Shown here: in pieces, positions 12,799 to 24,212 of the stretch
Layout of the letters: each line of letters opens with the position of its first letter
How positions within the stretch are numbered: position 1 is the first letter of the stretch
Assembly (NCBI GenBank): GCA_040285825.1
Contig: JAUPSS010000005.1
Coordinates: 248,001 to 312,000, forward strand
DNA: 64,000 nucleotides
Origin: Eukaryota sp. TZLM1-RC
Lineage: Eukaryota; Protista; Metamonada: BaSk clade
Direction of reading: 5' to 3'
Translations under genes and position numbers: made by a program
Notes under the pieces: generated by a model
What the model saw: the letters and a program-made list of their open reading frames with translations, nothing else
What the model was told of the DNA's origin: nothing
The model's database searches: none

Positions 12799-13631
12799 AT
12801 TTTATTGTCTTTAGTTTTTTGCCGGTAGTCTGAATAATCAAATAAAAGGTTTGCTTACATCTACATTCATGTTATTTGTAGTGCAAATGGTCGATGTTTT
12901 GAAAATAATAAAAACAGTTTTTGTAACAAAATAATCTTTTATGTGAAGAATCCTCATCTCATCCTTTACTTTAAAAATTCACTATGTCAAGTGCCAATGT
13001 GTAATTTTGTTGATTAGTTATTCATAAGTTGTCATTATTATTAACAGTATTCTTTCAAATAGAGCATTATTCAAATCAGATCTCGTCATCAGAGGCCCTA
13101 TTAAAGGTCCTTTTAAACCCTTGATGGCCAGATTTTAAAAGACCACAATTGATTTTACCTTTATCATTATTATTATCATTTCGGACCATCACCTCAGAAC
13201 TTTATGTGAACCTGGCAGGAATGAAAAAATGACCATGTTATCAATGATGGAAAGCTTGTGTGGCTTCTTCAATAGTTTTTATCACATGATTCAAGACTTG
13301 TTTCTATTTTTAAACTACATTATGTTGTTAATTTATACAAAATTATGAAATAATATCTATTGATATTTGGAAAACTGTGAAAAGAGAACAATCCACCATT
13401 TTTGTCTTGCTGGTTCAGTTAATAAATTTTAATTTTACAGCATTCTGTGTTTGAACTAGAATCTGCATTGAAGTTATAATTTAACAGTTGCTTTAATGCT
13501 AAAGCCAGGCGACAGACTGAAACTATCAATTAAGTTTTGATTCTGATTATTGTAAAAGAACCTTTGATTAAAACACATTCAAAACTACAGTCAGTAATAG
13601 TGATTCAGAATTTGAACAAATACGAAAGATT

Positions 13632-14060
13632 TTATTCCTGGAACATTTTGAAACTCAACCAAAAACCGTAACTAATACTTTCACCAACTAAAACCCCATA
13701 AATTGAATGGCGGGAGATTTCGCTATTTACTTGAATAGCAACTGGCATATTATTAAACTCCGTAATATTGTTCAATATGGAGTTAATATATCGACAAAGA
13801 GTTTTCAATAACAAAAATACGATTCTGTTCTTCCAAATCAAAATATCAAATGTACAACCACTTCCTTTGAGAGGTTTTCCTAAATGATCTCAACACTTGA
13901 GACCTTCAATTCCAAGGGTAGCCAAAATTGATGTAGCAATTGGGACAAAAATGATGTTTCTGCCTCTTGCACTCTTACGACGTTGTAGAAGGGCTTCGGA
14001 TTTTGATTTCTTGGAAAGCTCTGCAACTTTGAGAAAATCTTGAATGTCAGAATTGTCAGA
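13632..14060 (-). mobile_element. CRE-like family E 3' fragment
   Basis: Reverse complement aligns with 27890-28090 and continues into IWKNRIVF, the RLE C-terminal motif. Confidence 0.75.
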
Positions 14061-14190
14061 ATTTTGTGACCTTCACTTCAAATGGTACCCAAAATTGAAA
14101 CAACAATCAAATTTGTATCTAAAAAGTTCGACGAATATTCAACAAAAAAGAATTAAGAATTTAATGTATAATACAACCAAACAAACAAAC

Positions 14191-15888
14191 TTAAGCCACA
14201 AACTGCTTCTTTGTACAAACTGACGCTATCCTGGACGCAAACCCCAAAGTACTAACAGTTTCCTGAACATCGTCTACATGAGCAGAAACATTTGCAAACA
14301 CAACTGTTTTGCTTTCTCCAGATAAGACATCCTGGAGCAACCTAGTTAACTTAGAATTTCTATAGGGTACGTGTGGAGACTTGAGGGCTAGAGAGGTGAT
14401 AACGTCGCCCAAGGCTGAAAGGGATGAATTTATTGATTGCGTTTCCTTCATCAAACTTTTCGACCTATCAGTATGGGATCTTGAAATCCTCTCAGATCCC
14501 GCAAGGTCTACAATAACCAACTTTGAAGTAATTGGTTCGTTTTCCCTGCCCACAAAGCTCTGTTTCAGACTCACACTGAAGAAGCAATGTGATCGTGATG
14601 ATGTTGCATTAGCTGATGTTGTTTTTTGGGATCTTCGGCTCAGAGCTTCTTCAAGTACAGTACTAGCTTCACTGCAAGAGTCGACAGTAATCCACTTCTG
14701 AGGACTAGCGAAATAGGATTGATCCGGGCGTTGACGAATTCTAAGCTTCTGTCCATCGATAAGGTCATAGACCTCGTCGTTATAGAGTTCAGAGATACCT
14801 ACACACAAGAGAAATGTTGATGTGACCTTTCCTTTGGCGGAGGGACGATGTTTGGAAGATAGGATTGAGTAAACGGATTCCAAAAATCGATGAGCAACTC
14901 CTACATTGTTGGGAATTCCACTGACGGTGTATGTCTTGCCACTGCCCGTAGCTCCGTATGCGAGTATTGAGACATTATAGCCATCCACAAATGAATGAGC
15001 AAGTCCTTCTATTGTAGAGAATGTATCTAGCTGTGAAGATGTAGATTTTAGAACACCAGAAAACTCAAAACTTCGAATCCCATTCTTTGCTTTAACAGAA
15101 ATAGAGGAGTCTGAAACATTACTAATACAAGACTGCTGAGGTGGCATGACGTCACCAGAACGAGTCAATAAAGGTTTTATTCGTACAATCACTCGTATAT
15201 TACCCTTTATATTTTCCAATTCATTCCTCAACAAAATATTTGATTTTCGTTGATGGAGTAACAAATTTTCGGTTTCTGATAGTTTTTTTCGAAGCAGTCG
15301 AGCTTCTGAGGAATTAATTGCATCATTAGGATTACTAAAACTGGATTTTAAGCAAGAATTTTCATATTCTAATTGCTTAACCTTTGCTTGTAATTTTAAA
15401 ACAATTGATGAATTAATCAAATGTTCATCGTAATTAACTTGAAAAAGAGATTGGGATTCATAAAATTCACATAATTTGCTTAACGTAATTAAATCCTTCA
15501 GTAACTCCTCTACAGGAGGCTTTTGCTTCAGTGAACCAGAATGTGCAGGCATAGGAGGAGTGGAAACAGGAGGAGGTTTTGGTTTAGTGACAGGAGGAGG
15601 AGATGGAGTTTGGGGAAGGATGGCAGTTGGTTTGAATGTCTGTGGCGGTTTCTTGAGGACCAAGAGAGCACCGTCGTAAAGAGCGGCTTCACTGGCAGAT
15701 AGAGAATGTGATAACGGAACATTATCAAGAAGAAGTGTACATTGAGATACGGGATGATCAATACAAGATTGTAACTGTTTAAGTATTTTGGAGATTTTGA
15801 GGCGAAAAAGATCAGTCTCAGAGGCAACAACCCTGTACCGTTTGTCGGTCCAGTTGCATAGGATATGGAAGGAGATCTTACCGCTCAT
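14191..15888 (-). CDS. Kinesin-14 (C-terminal motor) with N-terminal ubiquitin-like segment
   Basis: Neck ELENIKGNIRV, P-loop GATGSGKT, SSRSH, DLAGSE, HVPYRNSKLTRLLQ; coiled coil and Pro-rich linker upstream. Confidence 0.93.
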   Translation of the reverse strand: MSGKISFHILCNWTDKRYRVVASETDLFRLKISKILKQLQSCIDHPVSQCTLLLDNVPLSHSLSASEAALYDGALLVLKKPPQTFKPTAILPQTPSPPPVTKPKPPPVSTPPMPAHSGSLKQKPPVEELLKDLITLSKLCEFYESQSLFQVNYDEHLINSSIVLKLQAKVKQLEYENSCLKSSFSNPNDAINSSEARLLRKKLSETENLLLHQRKSNILLRNELENIKGNIRVIVRIKPLLTRSGDVMPPQQSCISNVSDSSISVKAKNGIRSFEFSGVLKSTSSQLDTFSTIEGLAHSFVDGYNVSILAYGATGSGKTYTVSGIPNNVGVAHRFLESVYSILSSKHRPSAKGKVTSTFLLCVGISELYNDEVYDLIDGQKLRIRQRPDQSYFASPQKWITVDSCSEASTVLEEALSRRSQKTTSANATSSRSHCFFSVSLKQSFVGRENEPITSKLVIVDLAGSERISRSHTDRSKSLMKETQSINSSLSALGDVITSLALKSPHVPYRNSKLTRLLQDVLSGESKTVVFANVSAHVDDVQETVSTLGFASRIASVCTKKQFVA

Positions 15889-15958
15889 TCATATGTAGGT
15901 GTTAGTGGAGCAAAATGGATTGGACAGTTAATAACAATACCAAACAATCTTTGTTTCA

Positions 15959-16297
15959 ATGTACCGGTTCAAGACATATCCATACCGTTACAATTCAAAG
16001 TCTCCCCAGCTGTCTTTTGCTAATGTGGATCACCGATCGTTAACTTCATCACCAGTTCCAAGGACTCAACACTGGCAAACATCATCAATCCCAGTACCTA
16101 AACCACGCTTTCAGAGCCCTTCTCCTAGCCCTATATCCAAGTCACCTCTTCCTCCTGTTCCTAACACACCAGCGACACCAGGGATGACCAAATATAAGGT
16201 CAACTTACTATCTAATTCTTTGTCAGGCTTTAAGACACCACCCCCACCCAAGGTTGTGGCAAGTCCAGAGATATTACAACGAAAGTTAAAATCTTAA
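15959..16297 (+). CDS. Small Pro/Ser-rich hypothetical protein, divergent from kinesin (70-bp spacer)
   Basis: ATG-started 112-aa ORF with GC above the flanks; start context GTTTCAATG as in VPS52. Confidence 0.55.
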   Translation: MYRFKTYPYRYNSKSPQLSFANVDHRSLTSSPVPRTQHWQTSSIPVPKPRFQSPSPSPISKSPLPPVPNTPATPGMTKYKVNLLSNSLSGFKTPPPPKVVASPEILQRKLKS

Positions 16298-16899
16298 TTT
16301 TTTATGGTTTTTATTTGTACATACTAATTGTTTTTCAACAAGTGCATTTTTTAATTTCATTTTTTATAATAACAACCATTCGTACCCGTGAAGATGGTTG
16401 TCATCGTTATTTGAATAAATTTACTTTAATATTAAATTCTTCATCAAATCAAGTTGAAGTTTGAAAAATAAAGAAAAAAGCCAAACTTGAAGACCATTAT
16501 CAAGTTGATCTGATGCATTAATGTTATATTATGGAAAATCAATTGTTTCAAATGGTTTTTTGCTTCATTTTTTTCCAAATAGTTATATTCAGTGTTTGCA
16601 TTTTTCTATGAGGATAACAATGATGATGAAAATCAACAGTATGGGGAACTGACAGAAATTTGTTTGTAATTGGTTGTCAAAGCACTTTTGTTCAATTAAA
16701 GCTCACAAAATTGTTGGAAACATGAAAGGCTTGAATGGCTTTATAAGGGGTCAATTGATGGAAACGGTTATTTAATTTGTTTCTACCAATATACGAAACA
16801 TTATTACTACCATTGTACATGTCACAATTACGTTGAGGGGAGGAAGACCTGTAAGATACAAAGATAAGATAAGGTTGCTTCATGCCCTAGATATTCTAG

Positions 16900-17090
16900 A
16901 TCAGTCATTCGAAGGATCTCTGACCAAAAAGAACATGATCAGTAAATGGTGACTTCTCTCAGGTGATCATTTGGAGTAGTTCATTGGAGTAATTCTCTAT
17001 GAATTACTTGCTAATACAGTAGCCTTTGGAATGGAGTGATTCTGTCACACTACATTGAATGTTGGTTCATATAGCAAAAGAAAAGGAAAA
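16900..17090 (+). pseudogene. Highly decayed protein kinase remnant
   Basis: TTGGAGTAATTCTCTATGAATTACTT (GVILYELL) and downstream sequence align with 17980-18080. Confidence 0.45.
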
Positions 17091-17159
17091 TAACAACACA
17101 ATTAACAACCCAACAGCCGAGACCAAATACACTCTAATATAGTGTAAACACTCACACGC

Positions 17160-17480
17160 AGTCGTTTTAAATCAACATCTTCATTAAATGTTAGTAGAAA
17201 AAGGTGCATGTGAGAATCAGTTATCAGATTCTTTACTGAATGACACCATTGTGTCACCAAGGTTTGGAATATGTGTCTATAGTGAAGCTTTTGTAACAAA
17301 AATGAGACTATTTCTGAATATCTCTGATAACCATTTTCTACTAAGGGAAATATGTATTTGTTCTAATTCATCACAGCTCAACAAGAAAACTTGAACCTGT
17401 AGGTGCATTCGAACACAAAGCGAATGGAAAACATAGAAAATATGACAAGGATATCGAAGAAGCTAATGCTGATAGAAATA
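17160..17480 (+). mobile_element. CRE-like family A degenerate, internally deleted fragment
   Basis: VEKGACENQLSDS..RFG..EAFVTKMRL..CICSNS, then HRKYDKDIEEANADRN. Confidence 0.75.
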
Positions 17481-17779
17481 ATGTTGGCTGATTACTGCTA
17501 AAATTAGAACAATAAAAAACTGAAATTAAAATAGAAAACAGTTGTTAATTTAAAACTTAGATGTTTTGTGATCAACACTCCATCAAAAAACTATTGATGA
17601 TGTAACATGAGAGAAACAAAAGGAGAATTACTTGGAAAAGATAGTCGAAACAAAAACTTTTTTCTGTAACCTATTAAAATCTGGCCATGAAAAATAATTC
17701 AAATTGTTTCAAGTGAGTCTTGGCTTCCATTGCATTAGTCATGAAGGTGTTAATGCGAATGCACGTGCTCTGGAGAGCA

Positions 17780-18060
17780 ATCCATTGTAGATCAGTCATT
17801 TAAGGACACTCAAACCTGAAAAAATGAAGTTAATGGTCAACTAAGAATAGCCGACTTTGGTACTTCCAAAATTATAGCTAACACCACCCGAATATCCACT
17901 TCTCTTACCTTTACCCCCAAATATGCAGCTTTAGAGGTTTTTGATAATAGAATAACAGAAGCTTCCGATATTTATTCTATTGGAGTAATCCTCTAAGGAT
18001 TACTTACCAATAAATTAGTTTTTGGAATGTACGACTCTGTCCCACTAGATGGAGAGTTGG
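17780..18060 (+). pseudogene. Protein kinase pseudogene fragment (subdomains VIb-IX)
   Basis: LKPE.., GQLRIADFGTSKII..FTPKYAALEVF..SDIYSIGVIL followed by a stop. Confidence 0.8.
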
Positions 18061-18074
18061 TTCATATAGCCAAA

Positions 18075-19480
18075 GAGAAAAGAAGAAACAACAAACTTGA
18101 GCTTGGGTAAATAAATGTACTAATGAAAGCTGTTGACTAAAGGTAATAGCAATGGTGATTCGGCGTAAAATTAATGACGTGGCGTGACGTGGCATTGGTT
18201 CTTTTGAGGATTGGTGTGTGATCGGAGGCGGAGCTCAATGGGTACAGACGTGATGAACGGGCATGAACTAAGGAGCAGTGGAGAGGGCAAACATTCCTTG
18301 TGCAGTAAATCTGTTACAAAGTTCTCGGCAAAGAGTGGTCCGTATTGTGACGGCAAAGAGGAGAGACCAATGGCACATCTATAAACCCTTGACAAGACGT
18401 TGATCAAAAAACATGTAAGTTTTGTGGGTCCTCATGAAAAGAGAAAACAAAAACAAGGGTGTACTTTACCAAATGATTTAATTTGTCACAGCAAGAGTGT
18501 TGTTACGCTTTCCCATATTTTAAACTGTAAGTATTTCATAACTTATCGCTCAATTGTTCATGACTCAGTTCGTGATCAATTATATGCTATGTGCAAAAGT
18601 TTCAATATAGAGGCATTTATTGAGTCATTAGTACGTAAGCTGTCTTCAGATCAAACTGATGATTCCTTTGGTAAAAGAAGGGCAGATTTAGTAGCTCCAG
18701 GGATCGATGGTGTTCTCAATGTTGTAGATGTTGTCTCAGTTGATGTTTGCAAAAATTCTGCTGCTCGTTTAGTGTATTCCGCTGATTTGCCGTTATCTAA
18801 CGCCGAAAAAAAGAAGACAAAAAATATGAAGAATCTTTGGCACAGTTAGGTAGAGTGGAACATGTGAAATATCAGTTTGTGCCGTTTACAGTTTCTCTTT
18901 TTGGCAATATTGGACCTTCAGGGTTGCCCTTTTTTGAAAATTTCAAAAAAGTGTTACTGAATACGTCTGGTAAAACAAGAAATTCCACTTTCTGGTTAAA
19001 TAGAATTGTTTTTTGCATTTTCAAGTCTATTCCAACAATGATTTCAAAGGCACTTTTAGCTATTGGTGTAGAATATGAACGTAATGCTGTGAGTAGGTTT
19101 AGTAATAGTGACGCTTGTTTGGAGGATATAGAATTCTAGATGAGTTTTTTTATCTCAAAAAATTAAATAAATGAAAAAAAGGCAAAAAAAACAAGGGTTG
19201 ATTTGCGGTTTCGAAAAAAACAATATCGATTAAACTTCTGTTCCACACTAAATGAACTGTCCTCATGAAAGAGAAAACAAAAACAAGAGTCTGGTTGATT
19301 TGCGATTTCTAAATTCAGGATGCTCTCAAATTCAATTTGCTAAATTTTATCGATTACCACGGTATTTTTATCTGATTAAAGAAGCAATAGCGAGAAAACA
19401 AGCAGATAAAGATTTTGTAGAAGAACATTTGGTTCACTGAATTGACGCCCATTAGTTCTCATTTAATTTTATTGAATAAT
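18075..19480 (+). mobile_element. Candidate bipartite non-autonomous retroelement, copy 1 (non-coding head 18075-18460, family A tail to about 19480), interrupted by family D
   Basis: Head aligns with 29828-30174. Tail EAIARKQADKDFVEEHLVH* matches the family A C-terminus. Confidence 0.55.
18461..19186 (+). mobile_element. CRE-like family D 3' fragment with ~12-bp TSD
   Basis: Zinc motif and RLE ending ..CLEDIEF*. AAAAACAAGGGT at 18449-18460 and 19187-19198. Close copy at 62940-63770. Confidence 0.85.
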
Positions 19481-20162
19481 GTTCTTGTTCTTCCTTCTTC
19501 CATAGGTCATTTTTGATACTCCTTCCTTGGCCTTGAATTTTTGTCCATCCAGGAAGTCTTATAAATAAAGTTCAGAATTTGCTTTTGAAGAAACATATCA
19601 AATTTCATGTTGATAGGTTATGTTTTGGTTCAAAAATTAACCACTTAATTCTTTCCATTCCTCCAGATTTGAGCACTCACCTTGTCAAACAGTATTTGTC
19701 TAAGAGAACTCAATTTTAGGGTTCAGTACTGAACATCAATATTATTGATGATATTCCCCTTCAAGCTTTGAAATCGCATAAGCATGGTGGTATTGGCCTA
19801 ACACGTTCATCTATTTCATCAAATGTTGCGTTCTTAGGTGGAATCATGAACTTCCCCTATGAACTTGCTCTACGGTTTCCACATCAATGTATTTATTTAG
19901 TGTATAACTCTTTTTCAGTTGCAATGAAAGTATTACGTAATTTCCTAGAAAATTGTTCCAATGAGTCATTGGCAATGACTGTTGGAAATCATGATTTTCT
20001 GCAAAAAATTGACTTTACCTCGATTGAAACTAAAGATTTGCCAGACTTTTTGACATTTCTTAAACCACAGAAGAAGATTATTATTTAATGAAAAGCAGAA
20101 TCACTGAACAACCAAATTAGCTTGGCTAACAACTCCGGTGGTTTTTCCTTGAAATTATGTTT

Positions 20163-20241
20163 TGTTGGCGCCCTAAGGCTTATATAATATGAATGGAAAA
20201 TAAATCAGACTTTTCTTTACTACAATAGACTTTAGGCAACA
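20163..20241 (+). repeat. 5' LTR (79 bp)
   Basis: Identical to 27268-27346; contains TATATAA and AATAAA. Confidence 0.95.
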
Positions 20242-20318
20242 ATAATTATTGGCCATTTTAAAGTCAAAAGGTATACCATAACTTCAGCATTAGCGAACAT
20301 CTTCAGACACTTTACAGC

Positions 20319-23300
20319 ATGTCAGACATCTCCCAACCAGATATCTCTGACTCTAATCCACCACTTAATATGCAGCAGGTACCAGCATCACGTACACATG
20401 ATATAGAGGGCAACGAGGCAACGGACCCGGATCCCACCTCCCCCTCCCTTAATGTAGACGAAGATGAAAGAGTGGACGAGGTCCCTCCATCTTCAACAAC
20501 AGAAGAGGTAACGAGAACGGACCCGGCTCCCTCTCCCCTCAGGAAAAAAGTAACAGATGAGGTTACGAGAACGGGCCCGGCTCCCTCTCCCCTCAGGAAA
20601 AAAGTAACAGATGAGGTTACGAGAACGGACCCGGCTCCCTCTCCCCTCAAAGCAATGGAAGAGGCAACGAGAACGGACCCGGCTCCCTCTCCCCTCCCAA
20701 TTCTAGAACCTGTCTCAAAGGGAACGGATGGAGATCCCACCTTAGACACGTCTTCCCCATTAGGAGAATATGAAGAAATTCAATCTCAACTAGATGAAAT
20801 GGAGGGAGAAGACGACTCTTCTGAGGGGTTCTACAGGTTATTAAGAGAGGACGCGGAGGCTTACCTCGAACCAACAGATTTCTGTCTGTTCGAGCAACTT
20901 CCCCCTTTATGGAGTTACGTTCAAAAAAGAGGCAGAAACGTTGGTTTCCAGACCCTCGGAATGATTGGGGATACCCAAAAGGTATTGGAAATTCCCCTCA
21001 ATGAAAGGAATGAACTCATAAAGGCACTCGATAAATTGAGTAGAGAGACATTCGGGCGTAACGCAGAACGCCGCCCCAGAATCTCTGGAATGGACAAGAG
21101 AATCAATGAATTGATGTCTCTTCCCATCAAAGATAGATTGGATTGGAAGGCCTCCTTCCTAGATCAATACGGCAGGAGAATAAGGTTTCTCTCCATCGAA
21201 CAGAGAAGTAGGACCGACTCGGAAGACATCCTACAATCCAAATTGCCTGCCTGGTTTGATCCTAACTTTGATACGGAAATCCAAAATTACACGGAGCTGA
21301 CAGAGGGTGCTCCCACATATTTTAGGGAATTTATGGAGCAGGAGGATAGTAGTGAACAAGACAAGCTTGAACCAGTAACCCCAGTAGGGGAACCAGTAGG
21401 GGTTTGATGCAGACGCTCTAAATAACATTCATACGGAACGATCAGCTGTATCCACGTATAGGAGCCGTCCTAACAACTACACCCAACAACATGGTAACTC
21501 GTTCACAAAACAACGAGAGTTTAGACAATGGGTAACGGGAGATCCATCCACATCTCTCCACCTTCCCAAACTGCCTGTTGTAGCCCCTATAATTTCTGAA
21601 AAAAGCCAACCAATACAGGTCTGCTCTATCGACAGCATACCCGATCATGTTCCAACAGTGAACGTCCCGGAACCTGTAACAAGACAAAACGTTGCACCTC
21701 AGGAAGAACCAACTTCCTCTCAACCCATGGAAAGTGAATTTGGAGAAGACATTGAGTTGAACGGGCCAGTCGTTGGAGAAACGGCTCCTCCTCAACCCTC
21801 AGTAAGAGACTCTTCTTCCGATAGACCTACGCGTATTGAGGACCTACAATCCTCAAGAAGAGCTATTGACATGAGCATAGCTAGTAGCCTTCATAGACAG
21901 ATTGATCCACGGTCTAAGGATATCGACTATAAAAGACCTCGATTATCCGCTGATGACCCTATTAACAAAATGTCATAGCTTTTCTTTTAAAATATCAAAC
22001 TTGGGATAAATACGGGCGAAAGATAGCTAATAGAAGCTTCGAAGCCCCAGGTCAATCAGATTGGACCAGAGCCTTTATGATAGCTACCCAGCTATTTGGA
22101 GAAGGCCAAGCAGAAATAACCCAAGATAGGATTAAAGATCTCCCCAAACATATACGCGACGAGATCACCAGGGATACAACACAGCCTTTGGTAAGGATTG
22201 ATCCAGCTATAACAGATAAGCTCGGACCCCCAATCCACCATTATGATTTATTTAGGAGCATGATGATGAGCACTTGCCCCACAGGAATATCCAGCATGAT
22301 CGACCCTAGCCTTCTATCTAGATGGCAGAGTCAAGGTTTACTCGGTGTTGATTATACCGACGCCGACGTCATGGTATTTCTGTTAAAAAGAACGCAATTC
22401 ACATCATATCATGAGGCTTGTACAGCTCTAATGAAGCCTAGAATAAATTGGAGGAAAATCCACAATAGGCATGAGGCTGACAACGAGTTTGGTCGTTATG
22501 TAGAAGATTTTGGAGACGTCTTGAGAATGACCACCTACATGACCGACCTAACCATCCCCGATTTAATTAGAGGAAGCAGTGGGTTGATAACCAGATCTCC
22601 CGCTCTAATAGCCGAGTACTTCCTTATGGGTCTGGATAACTTTGCTATATCAAGCGAACTCCTCCCAGTATGGACTAGGGAATCCTTGTGGGACTCACCG
22701 AACAGAACAACTCTACTCGATTTGATATCGACAACGAGAAGACATTTCCTCGCTTGGTGTTACACAGCAGGAAACAAGCCCACAATGGATGTACTAAGGA
22801 ACAGGGCTAACGAAGAAGATATTCCTTTGGGACTCACGGCAATGAGAACTTACTCAAGAGGAGTAACACCATCAGCCCAAGCTCCAACAAAACGAGCAAG
22901 ACGATCAGGTGGAAAGTCACGAAAAACCCCTCAACACAAATACATCCCTGAAAAGCATGAACGAGAAGGGTCAAAATTCTGTACATTCTGCAGCAACGTC
23001 GAAGGTAACAATCCTGTTGGCCACACTGTATTCGAATGCAAAGATCCTCGTTGCGCTAGAAGCAGAGTTCCCAAAGAAGAAAGATTCAGATTAGGAGAAC
23101 AGGAGGCGCCTGCTAGTAGAGGCAGTGTAGAAAGGGGCCGAGGTGGCCGTGGTAGACGTGTACATAGATTCAAATTTAGAGGCCGTGGAGGCCGTTATAG
23201 AGGTCATAAAGGAAGAGGTCAGTACAGACCTATACATAACATAAACACAACAGAGGACATATCATCAAACGCATCCCCTTCTGAGTCAAAACCGACCCGT

Positions 23301-24018
23301 TCGAGTACGGTTCCTCACAGACGGATCAACAACAGCAACCGGAACAGCAGGACAGGCAACTTTCCTAATCGGGTACATATCAACGCAATCAATCACAACC
23401 AATCAACAACCGATTTAGGAAACCCAGTCAACAACTTTCCAACAGCTCAACAAAATCTTTTAATTCCTCTACAAATTCACCAAACCAGCTCTGATATCAA
23501 TAGCATTTTTGATATTAATTCTACGGTTAGTGAAAACCACGTCAGGTCCCAGCGTTCTCCATTTCTAAGACTGGAGATATCAATAAATGATATTAAAATG
23601 ATTGCGACTATAGATTCGGCTGCGTTTTTGTTCAGTTATTACTGCAGATTTAGCTGAACAATGCCATATGTCAATCAATAGCAAGGATACTATTAAGTTC
23701 TTACCAGCTAATAACGTATCCACAAAATCGCTAGGGAGTGCAACTGGTATTCTGTCGTTCAACGTAGGAAGCATTGCGCAACAAGTTCACTATAAACATA
23801 CTCTTCCCATAATCCCGGGTTCGAACAAATTATTAATAGGGACAGACATGTTAAAAGCACTTGGGCTTCAGACGGATGATGGTCTTTTCATTAGATTAGA
23901 CAAAGAACACCGCACTTTGCTAAATGCAGAATCAGAATTCGACTCTAGGATCGCTCAACATTCGATTGGGAACTTAGATAACCAATCACCAAGTCTTCTG
24001 ATTTTGAGGAGCAATTAG
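20319..24018 (+). pseudogene. Gypsy gag-protease region broken into several ORFs
   Basis: Acidic repeat-bearing N-terminus; CTFC-x10-H-x4-C knuckle; RG-rich tract; protease ATIDSAA..LLIGTDML split by a frameshift. Confidence 0.75.
20505..20697 (+). repeat. Coding tandem repeat, about 3.7 units of 48-54 bp (EVTRTDPAPSPL...)
   Basis: ACGAGAACGG(A/G)CCCGGCTCCCTCTCCCCTC occurs 4 times. Confidence 0.92.
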
Positions 24019-24212
24019 CAAGATCTGGATGTGAGATAAATTTAGATGATAGTAATAATAAATTAAAATTAACGAGTCTACTAAAATTATTCAGCGATGT
24101 TTTTAGTGAAACTCCTAATAGAAAAGGAATCGATTGTAATCCTCTAACAATCCCCTTTAGAGATGAGAATGCTATAGTACATAAACCTGCTAGACGGTTA
24201 AATCCCAGCAAA

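Noticed and set aside
16615-16660. Second C/D snoRNA (ATGATGA..CTGA)
   Set aside because: Too short, with no second box pair or recognisable guide.
20505-20697. CRISPR-like array
   Set aside because: The spacers repeat and preserve frame; this is a coding minisatellite in a eukaryotic gag.
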